DNA from: Mobula hypostoma
Taxonomy: Eukaryota
NCBI RefSeq assembly: GCF_963921235.1
Contig: NC_086108.1
Coordinates: forward strand, 33,544,001-33,608,000
DNA length: 64,000 bases
Direction of reading: 5' to 3'
In this document: positions 1 to 11,983 of the stretch, one piece after another
Position numbering within the stretch: position 1 is the stretch's first letter
Layout: every line of letters starts with the position of its first letter
Made by a program: the position numbers and the translations under genes
The notes under the pieces: generated by a model
Told to the model about the DNA's origin: nothing
The model's database searches: none
The model's input: the letters and a program-made list of their open reading frames with translations, nothing else

Positions 1-1161
1 AGATTAGTGTGCAAACTTAAAGCACATGGTATTGGGGGTAAGGTATTGATGTGGATAGAGAATTGGTTAGCAGACAGGAAGCAAAGAGTGGGAATAAACG
101 GGACCTTTTCAGATTGGCAGGCAGTGACTAGTGGGGTACCGCAAGGCTCAGTGCTGGGACCCCAGTTGTTTACGATATATATTAATGACTTGGATGAGGG
201 AATTAAATGCAGCATCTCCAAGTTTGCGGATGACACGAAACTGGGCGGCAGTGTTAGCTGTGAGGAGGATGCTAAGAGGATGCAGGGTGACTTGGATAGG
301 TTGGGTGAGTGGGCAAATTCATGGCAGATGCAATTTAATGTGGATAAATGTGAAGTTATCCCCTTTGGTGGCAAAAATAGGAAAACAGATTATTATCTGA
401 ATGGTTGCCGATTCGGAAAAGGGGAGGTGCAAAGAGACCTGGGTGTCATTATACACCAGTCATTTAAAGTGGGCATGCAGGTACAGCAGGCGGTGAAAAA
501 GGCAAATGGTATGCTGGCATTTATAGCGAGAGGATTCGAGTACAGGAGCAGGGAGGTACTTCTGCAGTTGTACAAGGCCTTGGTGAGACCACACCTGGAG
601 TATTGTGTGCAGTTTTGGTCCCCTAATCTGAGGAAAGACATCCTTGCCATAGAGGGAGTACAAAGAAGGTTCACCAGATTGATTCCTGGGATGGCAGGAC
701 TTTCATATGAAGAAAGACTGGATGAACTGGGCTTGTACTCGTTGGAATTTAGAAGATTGAGGGGGGATCTGATTGAAACGTATAAAATCCTAAAGGGATT
801 GAACAGGCTAGATGCAGGAAGATTGTTCCCGATGTTGATGAAGTCCAGAACGAGGGGTCACAGTTTGAGGATAAAGGGGAAGCCTTTTAGGACCAAGATT
901 AGGAAAAACTTCTTCACACAGAGAGTGGTGAATCTGTGGAATTCTCTGCCACAAGAAACAGTTGAGGCCAGTTCATTGGCTATATTTAAGAGGGAGTTGG
1001 ATATGGCCCTTGTGGCTACGGGGATCAGGGGGTATGGAGGGAAGGCTGGTGCAGAGTTCTGAGTTGGATGATCAGCCATGATCATAATAAATGGCTGTGC
1101 AGGCTCGAAGGGCCGAATGGCCTACTCCTGCACCTATTTTCTATGTTTCTGTGTTTCTATG
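1..1161 (+). mobile_element. CR1 LINE, 3' part (RT and tail); runs off the window edge
   Basis: ORF 7..1062 with [14 protein letters not shown] and RPHLEYC. 3' stem-loop GTGCAGG..CCTGCAC and TTCTATGT-type tail. Confidence 0.95.
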
Positions 1162-1706
1162 TTAAATGCTAAAATGTGTAACACAAAATGGAAGCTAGTA
1201 ATACGAAATGGTGTAGGTCTGGGAGGGGAGAATGTTTGGAGAGTGAACATGAGAACCAGTCCACAACTATGTTTTGAGAACTTAGTATGAGTACCAATCT
1301 ACAGCGTTGTGAGTAGATAATGATAAAAAAAAACACATTTGGCTTGAAAAGTACTGGGGTAATTGTTTTAATAGATTTTTGAAGGGATCTTGAAGGATAT
1401 AAAAGGAACAATTACTTTATGCAAGTGGGAATCTTCTCTTAGGCTGGGTCAGGTCTAGAGCTAAATGCTGGAGATAGAGACAAGGACATTGAGAGGGAGG
1501 GAGAGACTTGAAAAAACTGTCCAGCACTTGCAGTTCCCTCCGGCAGTAAATTGAGTGGAGTGCCTTAGTGATTGGTTGACAACCATTATTTTGTCTCTTT
1601 TGATACTTCATTAATTATTTTTTTGTCTGTATTTTGATTTATATAGCCCTAATAAAGTGAGTTCTTATAGCCTTTAATATGTTTATAGTGTCTCCTTTGT
1701 GTGCAG

Positions 1707-1764
1707 ATACCTCGCTGCTGAATTAGAAGAGAACAAGGAACGCATTTTTAAATATTTTCAGTAG
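1707..1764 (+). other. Candidate terminal coding exon of an unidentified upstream gene (YLAAELEENKERIFKYFQ*)
   Basis: Pyrimidine-rich acceptor tctcctttgtgtgcag, then one open frame to TAG in non-repeat sequence. Protein not recognised. Confidence 0.25.
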
Positions 1765-2141
1765 AGATGGTGGCCCCCATCTAACAGGAGGTAGTGAGGT
1801 AGTTAGTGGAATCCTGACAGTCTTCAGTGGCTGCAGCAGCTACTGCTGGTCCTTAGCAATGATCTGCACATACTGCACCAGCCAGGATGCATCTCTAAAC
1901 CCTGCATCTTAGGACTGAGTCGATACACTGCTCCCGTAGCTCACCCAGCCCCAGCTGTCACAGGGGGCTTGCCGACAGGAGGTTTAATCGCTGCTGGGAG
2001 AGCACCAGCAAAAGACAGGAGATTACATCAGGTTTCAATACAGTAGTGCATGGCTGGAGTAGATGCCTTTTTTTAAATGTTTATTGAGGTGTGTATCGAT
2101 GATTGTTTGGGATTGGAATCAGTTTATTATCACTGACATAT

Positions 2142-2823
2142 TAGATTAGATTATGAGGACACTCAGTCCTCGTTTATTGTCATTTAGAAATGCATGCATT
2201 AACAAATGATACAATGTTCCTCCAGAATGATATCACAAGAAACACAAGACAAATCAAGACTAAAATTGACAAAGCCACATAATTATAACATATAGTTACA
2301 ACAGTGTAAAGCAATACTGTAATTTGATAAAGAGCAGACCATGGGCACAGTAAAAAAAAAGTCTCAAAGTCCCGATAGCCTCATCATCTCACGCAGGCAG
2401 CAGAAGGGAGAAACTCTCTCTGCCATGAACCTCCAAGTGCTGCAAACTTGCCGATGCAGCACCATTGGAAGCAACCGACCGCAGCGGACTCTGAGTCCGT
2501 CCGAAAACTTCGAGCCTCCGACCAGCCCTCCGACACCGAGCACCGAGCACCATCCTCTGCCGAACGCTTCGACCCTTCCCCAGCCGCCGAGCAACAAGCA
2601 AAGCTGAGGACTCGGGGCCTTTCCCTCTGGAGATTCTGGATCACACAGTAGCAGCAGCAGCGAAGCAGGCATTTCAGAACTTTCACCAGATGTTCCTCCG
2701 TGCTCTCACGTCTGTCTCCATCAAATCAGGATTGTGCACGGTACCCTACTTGACAGATAACAGACATCACCGCCGGAGTGGCCGCAGCGAGCTGCGTCAC
2801 GCCGCCATCTTCTCCTCCCGCCG
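2142..2823 (-). mobile_element. Non-autonomous retroposon (SINE-like, about 680 bp), copy 1
   Basis: CATAT TSD (2137-2141 and 2824-2828). On minus it ends AATAAAC-GAGGAC-tgagt-GTCCTC hairpin followed by (AATCT)n. Second copy at 32209-34214. Confidence 0.75.
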
Positions 2824-3214
2824 CATATGTCATATAATCTGTTGTTTTGCAGCAGCAGTTTAAAGCATGACATAGAAATTACCATAAGTTACAAAAATAA
2901 ATAGGTAGTGCAAAAGATGAATAATGAGGAGGTTCAGAGTTCAAAATAATTTTTATTATCAAATTACATATATGTCACCATACACAACCCTGATATTCAT
3001 TTTCCTGTGTGCATACTCAGCAATTCTGTAGAATAGTGACCATCAATGAAAGCTCATCTCAAGTGCAGAACACAACAATCTGTGCAAATGAAAATATCAA
3101 CAAGTAGCAATAAATAGCGAGAACATGAGATGATGAGATAAAGAGTCCTTAAAGTGAGATCACTGGTTGTGGGAACACCTCAATGGATGGGCATGCGAGT
3201 TGTTCATGTGCTCA

Positions 3215-3825
3215 TGAAAAATGCAGAAATCTGGTGGCATAGTGGAAGCAGCTGTTTTTAAAATGTTGAGAGTTGGTCTTTAGGCTCCTCTACACTGTAC
3301 CCCAATTGTAGTAATGTGAAGAGAGCATGAACCTTACGGTGAGTGTATTTAATGGATGCTGCCTTCTTGATGCACTGCCTCTTGAAGATGTCCTCAATGG
3401 CAGGGAGGGTTGTGCCCATGATGGTGCTGGAGTTTTTGTGATCCTTGTGCATTGGAGGCTCCATGTCTGGCTGTAATGCATCCAGTCAGAATGTTCTCCA
3501 CCATACAACTGTAGAAATTTGTAAGAGTCTTGCTGACATAGCAAATCTCCTTAAAGTTCAAATGAAGTATAGCCACTTGTGTGCCTTCTTCAGGATTGCA
3601 TCAATGTGTTGGGCCCATGACAGATCCTCTGAAATGTTGGCACCCAGCTCACCCTTCCCATCACTGACCCTTCCATGGTGAATAGTGTGTGTTCTCCCAA
3701 CTTCCCCTTCCTGAAGTCCACAATCAATTTCTTGGTCTTAATGATGTTGAGTGTAAGGTTGTTGTTGTGACACCAATCAACCAGCTGAGCTAGCTCACTC
3801 CTGTATGCTCCTGCATTCACTATCT
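3215..3825 (-). mobile_element. Rex1/Babar-type LINE fragment, degenerate
   Basis: Fragments LVDWCHNNNLTLNIIKTKKLIVDFRK and [16 protein letters not shown]. Confidence 0.8.
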
Positions 3826-4681
3826 TGCCCAGCCCTTTCAATATCTGGATAACAAATATCTAACTGTTTTGAATTAAAAATTAAACAACTGATGTAACAT
3901 CAACTGTCATTTATACAAACATTTTGAATTTTACTATTTTTTGCAGGTGGAAATCATTTCGGAAAAGAAATGAAAGCAAAAATTGCTGGAAGCACTGAGC
4001 AGGTTGGACAGAATCTGTGGAGAGAGAAATTGAGAAACTAGTTCTAATGAAAAGACATTAACCTGAAATGTAAACTCTGATTCTCTCTCCACACCTGCTG
4101 CCTGACTTGTGGTGTACTTTTGCCTTTCCTGTTTTGACGATCATCAATCTATTCATACCTTCATCACACTGGATTGTTCTTTGCGCTAAACATATTTCAA
4201 TCCTTCCTTACTCTTTCCAATTCATTTCCGTCCGAGAGGGAGTCTGTATGTTTTTGAATTCAGATTAGTTACTTTAATTTTCTAACAAAAAGACAACTCA
4301 ATCAGAATAGAAAACTTGCTGACTTTGTGGTTCTCTTTGTAGATTCATTTATCAGTGTGCATTTTTTCTCTCCATTATCACAGTATTAATTGGAATGGTT
4401 TTATTTTTCTTCTTCAACAAAATACATAAGGGAATACAGGAGGCTGCCTAGTAGAAAAATGATGAGAATGCACTCTAGTTCTGGAAAATTATAAGAAATA
4501 TAATTTTCACATAGCCTCTTGAGTTTCTCCTTCTTCATACAGTTATAGTTCTCTATTTAAAAACAGGATCTGAATACAAACTTGGCCTGAATTTTTAAAA
4601 ATAGTGTAATTCTTTTTTTTCGTAAAATGTACAGTAGAAACTTTTAGAACCTAAAACCAAATTTTTGGTGCTGATACAGAA

Positions 4682-7430
4682 ACAGGATGGGAGCTCAACA
4701 TTCAGGGATATTCAATATTCAGGAGAGATAGACATGAAAGAAAAGGACATGGGGTAGCATTGCTGGTTAGAGAGGAGATTAACGCAATAGAAAGGAAGGA
4801 CATTAGCCGGGAGGATGTGGAATTGATATGGGTCGAGCTGCATAACACTAAGGGGCAGAAAACGCTGGTGCGAGGTGTGTACAGGCCACCTAACGGTAGT
4901 AGTGAGGTTGGGGATGGTATTAAACAGGAAATTAGAAATGCGTGCAATAAAGGAACAGCAGTTATAATGGGTGACTTCAATCTACATATAGATTGAGTGA
5001 ACCAAATTGGTAAAGGTGCTGAGAAAGAGGATTTCTTGGAATGTATGCGGGATGGGTTTTTGGACCAACATGTCGAGGAACCAACTAGAGAGCAGGTTAT
5101 TCTAGACTGGGTATTGAGCAATGAGGAAGGGTTAATTAGCAATCTTGTCCTGAGAGGCCCCTTAGGTAAGAGTGACCATAATATGGTGGAATTCTTCATT
5201 AAGATGGAGAGTGACATAGTTAATTCAGAAACAAAGGTTCTGAACTTAAAGAAGGGTAACTTTGAAGGTATGAGACGTGAATTAGCTAAGACAGACTGGC
5301 AAGTGACACTTAAAGGATTGACGGTGGACATGCAATGGCAAGCATTTAGAGATCGCATGGATAAACTACAACAATTGTACATCCCAGTTTGGCAAAAGAA
5401 AAAAATCAAGGAAGGTAGTGCACCGTGGCTGACAAGGGAAATTAAGGATAGTATCAATTCCAAAAAAGAAGCATACAAATTATCCAGAAAAAGTGGCTCA
5501 CCTGAGGACTGGGAGAAATTCAGAGTTCAGCAGAGAAGGGCAAAGGGCTTAATTAGGAAAGAGAAAAAAGATTATGAGAGAAAACTGGCAGGAACATAAA
5601 AACTGACTGTAAAAGCTTTTATAGATAAGTGAAAAGAAAAAAGATTGGTTAAGACAAATGTAGGTCCCCTACAGACAGAAAGAGGTGAATTGATTATGGA
5701 GAGCAAGGACATGGCAGACCAATTGAATAACTACTTTGGTTCTGTCTTCACTAAGGAGGACATAAATAATCTTCCGGAAATAGTAGGGGACAGAGGATCC
5801 AGTGAGATGGAGGAACTGAGGGAAATACATGTTAGTAGGGAAGTGGTGTTAGGTAAATTGAAGGGATTAAAGGCAGATAAATCCCCAGGGCCAGATGGTC
5901 TGCATCCCAGAGTGCTTAAGGAAGTAGCCCAAGAAATAATGGATGCATTAGTGATAATTTTTCAAAACTCTTTAGATTCTGGACTAGTTCCTGAGGATTG
6001 GAGGGTGGCGAATGTAACCCCACTTTTTAAAAAAGGAGGGAGAGAGAAACCAGGGAATTATAGACCGGTTAGCCTAACATCGGTGGTGGGGAAAATGCTA
6101 GAGTCAGTTATCAAAGATGTGATAACAGCACATTTGGAAAGAGGTGAAACCATTGGACAAAGTCAGCATGGATTTGTGGAAGGAAAATCATGTATGACGA
6201 ATCTCATAGAATTTTTTGAGGATGTAACTAGTAGAGTGGATAGGGGAGAACCAGTGGATGTGGTATATTTGGATCTTCAAAAGGCTTTAGACAAGGTCCC
6301 ACACAGGAGAATAGTGTGCAAACTTAAAGCACACGGTATTGGGGGTAAGGTATTGATGTGGATAGAGAATTGGTTGGCAGACAGGAAGCAAAGAGTGGGA
6401 ATAAACGGGACCTTTTCAGATTGGCAAGGCTCAGTGCTGGGACCCCAGTTGTTTACAATATATATTAATGACTTGGATGAGGGAATTAAATGCAGCATCT
6501 CCAAGTTTGCGGATGACACGAAGCTGGGCAGCAGTGTTAGCAGTGAGGAGGATGCTAAGAGGATGCAGGGTGACTTGGATAGGTTGGGTGAGTGGGCAAA
6601 TTCATGGCAGATGCAATTTAATGTGGATAAATGTGAAGTTATCCCCTTTAGTGGCAAAAACAGGAAAATAGGTTATTATCTGAATGGTGGCCGATTAGGA
6701 AAAGGGGAGGTGCAACGAGACCTGGGTGTCATTATACACCAGTCATTGAAAGTGGGCGTGCAGGTACAGCAGGCGGTGAAAAAGGCGAATGGTATGCTGG
6801 CATTCATAGCGAGAGGATTCGAGTACAGGAGCAGGGAGGTACTACTGCAGTTGTACAAGGCCTTGGTGAGACCACACCTGGAGTATTGTGTGCAGTTCTG
6901 GTCCCCTAATCTGAGGAAAGACATCCTTGCCATAGAGGGAGTACAAAGAAGGTTCACCAGATTGATTCCTGGGATGGCAGGACTTTCATATGTTGAAGAC
7001 TAGGCTTATATTTGTTGGAATTTTGAAGATTGAGGGGGGGGGGATCTTACTGAAACGTATAAAATCCTAAAGGGATTGGATAGGCTAGATGTAGGAAGAT
7101 TGTTCCCGATGTTGGGGAAGTCCAGAACGAGGGGTCACAGTTTGAGGATAAAGGGGAAGCCTTTTAGGACCGAAATTAGGAAAAATTTCTTCACACAGAG
7201 AGTGGTGAATCTGTGGAATTCTGTGCCACAGGAAACAGTTGAGGCCAGTTCATTGGCTATATTTAAGAGGGAGTTAGATATGGCCCTTGTGGCTAAAGGG
7301 ATCAGGGGGTGTGGAGGGAAGGCTGGTACAGGGTTCTGAATTGGATGATCAGCCATGATCATACTGAATGGTGGTGCAGGCTCGAACGGCTGAATGGCCT
7401 ACTCCTGCACCTATTTTCTATGTTTCTATG
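4682..7430 (+). mobile_element. CR1 LINE, 5'-truncated (part of APE endonuclease, RT, tail), disrupted
   Basis: YRPP, MGDFN and SDH endonuclease motifs. RT ORF 5645..7003 with a 24-nt in-frame deletion near 6426. Stops and frameshifts present. TTCTATG tail. Confidence 0.95.
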
Positions 7431-7609
7431 TAAAAGTTGAGCCAGTCAAATAGTATCTGCAGAAAGAAAACAAATCAACATTTCGGTCAGTGGCCCTTCA
7501 TCAGGACTGGGGTATTAATGGAGGGTTTACAGTGTCAGAGCAAAGTTGAGGAAAGGAGTGTGGTGTACAATAAAAGAATGAGTGGAGATAGGTTAAGGTG
7601 GATAAGATA

Positions 7610-8372
7610 TAGGTTTCAATAGGTACATTTAATGTCAGAGAAACGTATATGATATACATCCTGAATTTCTTTTTCTTTGCAAAGATCCATGAAAACAGAG
7701 GAGTACCCCAAAGAATGAATAACCGTTAAATGTTAGAACCCCAAAGGTCCCCCAGCTCCCCCCCAACATATAAGCAGCAGAAAAGCGACAAACCCCCTCC
7801 CCCACCAGCAAAAAAACATCTGCACCCTCCAACGAGCACTCAAGCATACAGCAAAGCATCAGTAAAGACACAGACTTGCCGTCCACCAAAGACTACTCAT
7901 TCACCCGGTAATTCAACATACCACAGGCTCTTTCTCTCCCTAACAAGGGAAAAAGAGGTGTTCCCGTTTCACGGCGAGAGGGGAGACATAACAAAGACAA
8001 CTCGCCGATTTATGGTGTTAAAAGTCTGTTGCGTTGGTTTTTCCGAGATCTGTGCCCAAAGAACTCAGGTTACTGGGCACACAGCCAGCAGCCGGCTCAC
8101 TACTTATGATCTTCCGTGTACTCCCACGATACATCAGGTGGCAGCATCGACTTCGAATCTGCCCGCTTCCAAAGCCATGAAAATTCGGCACCCTGAAAGC
8201 ACGCTCGTCTTCCAGGCCACATCCTTGGCTTATTGAAAATCAGCTGGTTGCGAGACCTGAGAACAGGTCCCATTTCCGCAAAGAACCGAAGTTAGTGTGT
8301 AACTCCAGATCAGGGTTTTCAAAAGAACCCCGAAAAGGAAAAAAAAAGAGATATTAAAGATAGAAATAGAGC
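7610..8372 (-). mobile_element. Unclassified interspersed repeat with retroposon-like 3' end
   Basis: Its minus-strand 3' end (TTCAGGATGTATATC...ATTAAATGTACC) recurs on plus at about 63510-63565. No coding motif recognised. Confidence 0.45.
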
Positions 8373-8790
8373 TAAATAATCAGATTATTATTCAGTTATG
8401 AGTTGTCCTCACATGGTAACATAAGGAAGTAATGAGGTAATTACACAAGTGCAAATAACATAATCTGGGTTTACCCTTTGGAATGATATCACAGATCAAA
8501 GTAATAGATCCACAACATGGCATTGGAGTGAAATATTTAATGAAGGGTTTAGTAAAATGCTGAGAACAATTCAAAAAGTAATCTTTAAAACTCATTTTGA
8601 AAATTGGAACTATGGATCACTGAGAAACCATTTGAGTTTGGTGAGACAAAAGATATTTTAGCATCAAATTGAAGATAATTATTAAAGGTCAGCAACTTGG
8701 CACCTGCTACTGAAAAGCAGTCCAGTGATTAAAGACTTAGGCATTCATGTGAGGATTGAAGTCAGGACTCAACTGAGCACTGAACAACTA

Positions 8791-11125
8791 AACATGAGGA
8801 AATCTGCAGGTGCTAGAATTTCAAGCAACACACATAAAAATTGATGGTGAACACAGCAGGCCAGGCAGCATCTCTAGGAAGAGGTACAGTCGATGTTTCA
8901 GGCCGAGACCCTTCGTCAGGACTAACTGAAAGAAGAGTGAGTAAAAGATTTGAAAGTGGGAGGGGGAGGGGGAGATCCGAAATGATAGGAGAAGACAGGA
9001 GGGGGAGGGATGGAGCCAAGAGCTGGACAGGTGATTGGCAAAGGGGATATGAGAGGATCATGGGACGGGAGGCCTAGGGAGAAAGAAAGAGGGAGAGGGA
9101 ATGCCCGGAGGATGGGCAAGGAGTATAGTGAGAAGGACAGAGGGAGAAAAAGGAGAGAGAGAGAGAAAAAAATTAATAATAACTAAATAAATAAACAAAC
9201 GGATGGGGTACGTAGGGGAGGTGGGGCATTAACGGAAGTTAGAGAAGTTAATGTTCATGCTATCAGGTTGGAGGCTACCCAGACGGAATATAAGGTGTTG
9301 TTCCTCCAACCTGAGTGTGGCTTCATCTTGACAGTAGAGGAGGCCGTGGATAGATATATCAGAATGGTAATGGGACGTGGAATTAAAATGTGTGGCCACT
9401 GGGAGATCCTGCTTTCTCTGGCAGACAGAGCGTAGGTGTTCAGCGAAACGATCTCCCAGTCTGCGTTGGTTCTCGCCAACATATAGAAGGCCGCATCAGG
9501 AACACCGGATGCAGTATATCACCCCAGCCGACTCACAGGTGAAGTGTCGCCTCACCTGGAAGGACTGTCTGGGGCCCTGAATGGTGGTGAGGGAGGAAGT
9601 GTAAGGGCATGTGTAGCACTTGTTCCGCTTACAAGGGTAAGTGCCGAGAGGGAGATCGGTGGGAAGGGATGGGGGGAATGAATGGACAAAGAAGTCGCGT
9701 AGGGAGCGATCCCTGTGGAAAGCGGGGGGGGGGGAAGGGAAAGATGTGCTTAGTGGTGGAATCCCGTCGGAGGTGGCGGAAGTTACAGAGAATTATATGT
9801 TGGACCTGGAGGCTGGTGGGGTGGTAGGTGAGGACAAGGGGAACCCTATTCCTAGTGGGGTGGCGGGAGGATGGGGTGAGAGCAGACGTGCGTGAAATGG
9901 GAGAGATGCATTTGAGAGCAGAGTTGATGGTGGAGGAAGGGAAGCCCCTTTCTTTAAAAAAGGAGGACATCTCCCTCGTCCTGGAACGAAAAGCCTCATC
10001 CTGAGAGCAGATGCGGCAGAGACGGAGGAATTGCAAGAAGGGGATGGCATTTTTGCAAGAGATAGGGTGAGAAGAGGAATAGTCCAGGTAGCTGTGAGAG
10101 TCCGTAGGCTTATAGTAGACATTGGTAGATAAGCTGTCTCCAGAGATAGAGACAAAAAGATCAAGAAAGGGGAGGGAGGTGTTGGAAATGGACCAGGTAA
10201 ACTTGAGGGCAGGGTGAAAGTTGGAGGCAAAGCTAATGAAGTCAATGAGCTCAGCATGTGTGCAGGAAGCAGCGCCAATGCAGTCGTCGACGTAGCGAAG
10301 GAAAAGTAGGGGACAGATACTAATCTAGGCTTGGAACATGGATTGTTCCACAAAGCCAACAAAAAGGCAGGCATAGCTGGGACCCATACCGGTGTCCATG
10401 GCTACACCTTTAGTTTGGAAGAAGTGGGAGGAGCCAAAGGAGAAATTATTAAGAGTAAGGACTAATTCCACTAGACGGAGCTCCCGATGCGGCCTTCTAT
10501 ATATTGGCGAGACCCGACGCAGCCTGGGAGACTGTTTCGCTGAACACCTACGCTCTGTCCGTCAGAGAAAGCAGGATCTCCCAGTGGCCACACATTTTAA
10601 TTCCACGTCCCATTTTCATTCTGATAAGTCTATCCACAGCCTCCTCTACTATCAAGATGAAGCCACACTCAGGTTGGCGGAACAACACCTTATATTCCGT
10701 CTGGGTAGCCTCCAACCTGATAGCATGAACACTGAGTTCTCTAACTTCCGTTAATGCCCCACCTCCCCCTCGTACCCCACCCGTTATTTATTTATTTATT
10801 TATTTATTATTAATTTTTTTTCTCTCTCCTTTTTCTCCCTCTGTCCCTCTCACTATACTCCTTGCCCATCCTCTGGGCTTCCCTCCTCCCGCTTTCTTTC
10901 TCCCTAGGCCTCTCGTCCCATGATCCTCTCATATCCCTTTTGCCAATCAACTGTCCAGCTCTTAGCTCCATCCCTCCCCCTGCTGTCTTCTCCTATCATT
11001 TCAGATCTTCCCCTCCCACTTTCAAATCTCTTACTAGCTCTTCTTTCAGTTAGTCCTGACGAGGGGTCTCGGCCCGAAACGTCGACTGTACCTCTTCCTA
11101 GAGATGCTGCCTGGCCTGCTGCGTT
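8791..11125. mobile_element. Penelope-like element, inverted arrangement: minus arm with RT and GIY-YIG, plus arm with GIY-YIG and pseudo-LTR
   Basis: Minus strand: LVLTLNNFSF..GVAM..MGPSYA and FLRYVDDCIG. Plus strand: CGLLYIGETRR..FAEH. TSD CACTGAACAACTA at 8778-8790 and 11126-11138. Confidence 0.92.
11052..11087 (+). ncRNA. Minimal type I hammerhead ribozyme in a Penelope pseudo-LTR
   Basis: AGUC-CUGACGA-g-GGGU cucg GCCC-GAAAC-GUC|GACU: complete catalytic core, helices I and II, palindromic loopless helix III. Confidence 0.8.
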
Positions 11126-11983
11126 CACTGAACAACTATCTTGATTAAAGAAGAGAATTCCACCAAAAGCAGCATAAGAAGGATTTAAAAAGTAGCCAGA
11201 CAAGAAATATTTAAAATATTGTCAATTCTCTTATTGCATTGGGTTACTAAGGGAAGGAAGGAATGATATCGAGGAGGTTTTGGGTAATATTTTCTGATAC
11301 TCCTTGTGTATGGGATGTTATCAGGAGTCTGGAGAACTGCAAACCTCCCACCATTGGTTAAACATTGAAGAGGCATATGTTTGCCAACTGCAATTTCATA
11401 TTAGTCACAGGAAAATTTTTAACCTGGGATAAAATAAATTTCCATTTGGAAGAATGTAAACAAATAATGCAAACTAACAGGCATCAACTAAAAGCAACTT
11501 GCGTTTGATAAACTTAGTTCATTTCTCTGAAGTTGTGAAGAGGGATGATGAGGGCAATGCAGTTAAGCTTATGCGTGTGGATTTTCAAAACACATCTATC
11601 AAAATATCACATTATTAACTTGTTAGCAAAATGTAAACCCATGGATTAAAAGGTCCTCTTTACAAAAATAGTTTAAGCAACAGAGGGCAGAGAGAGCACT
11701 ACACTCTGAATTTGATTTGTCCAGTCATTTAGACCACCCTCATTGGTTTAATGCGCCTTCATACGTTTACTAAATAAAATCTGAAAAGTGTTAATTCACA
11801 CATGGCCTCAACAGCTTTCAGCTGGAGAGTTCCATTGTTTTCCACACATTGTTTCAAAGATTCTTTTCAGATATTGGATAGAAATGTTTGGTGCAGTTCT
11901 GTTTGTTTCATATACCTCTTTTCCTACTCAGGTTCATTATAGTCTTTTGACTTTTTTCATTTTTGTCATTCACAGCTCTTTTA

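Noticed and set aside
7..1062. RT ORFs as retron, DGR or group II intron systems
   Set aside because: The motifs, 3' stem-loops and microsatellite tails identify them as eukaryotic non-LTR retrotransposons.
3921..3973. Acceptor-like tttttgcag|GTGG as an exon
   Set aside because: There is no recognisable coding sequence, and it is followed by a degenerate repeat remnant.
4702..5478. 258-aa minus-strand ORF and similar shadow ORFs
   Set aside because: These are antisense frames of CR1 ORF2 with no independent protein signature.
8813..9077. Recurring ORFs [17 protein letters not shown]... and [15 protein letters not shown]... as a novel small-protein family
   Set aside because: They are readings of both strands of the non-coding Penelope pseudo-LTR, with variable starts, stops and frameshifts between copies.
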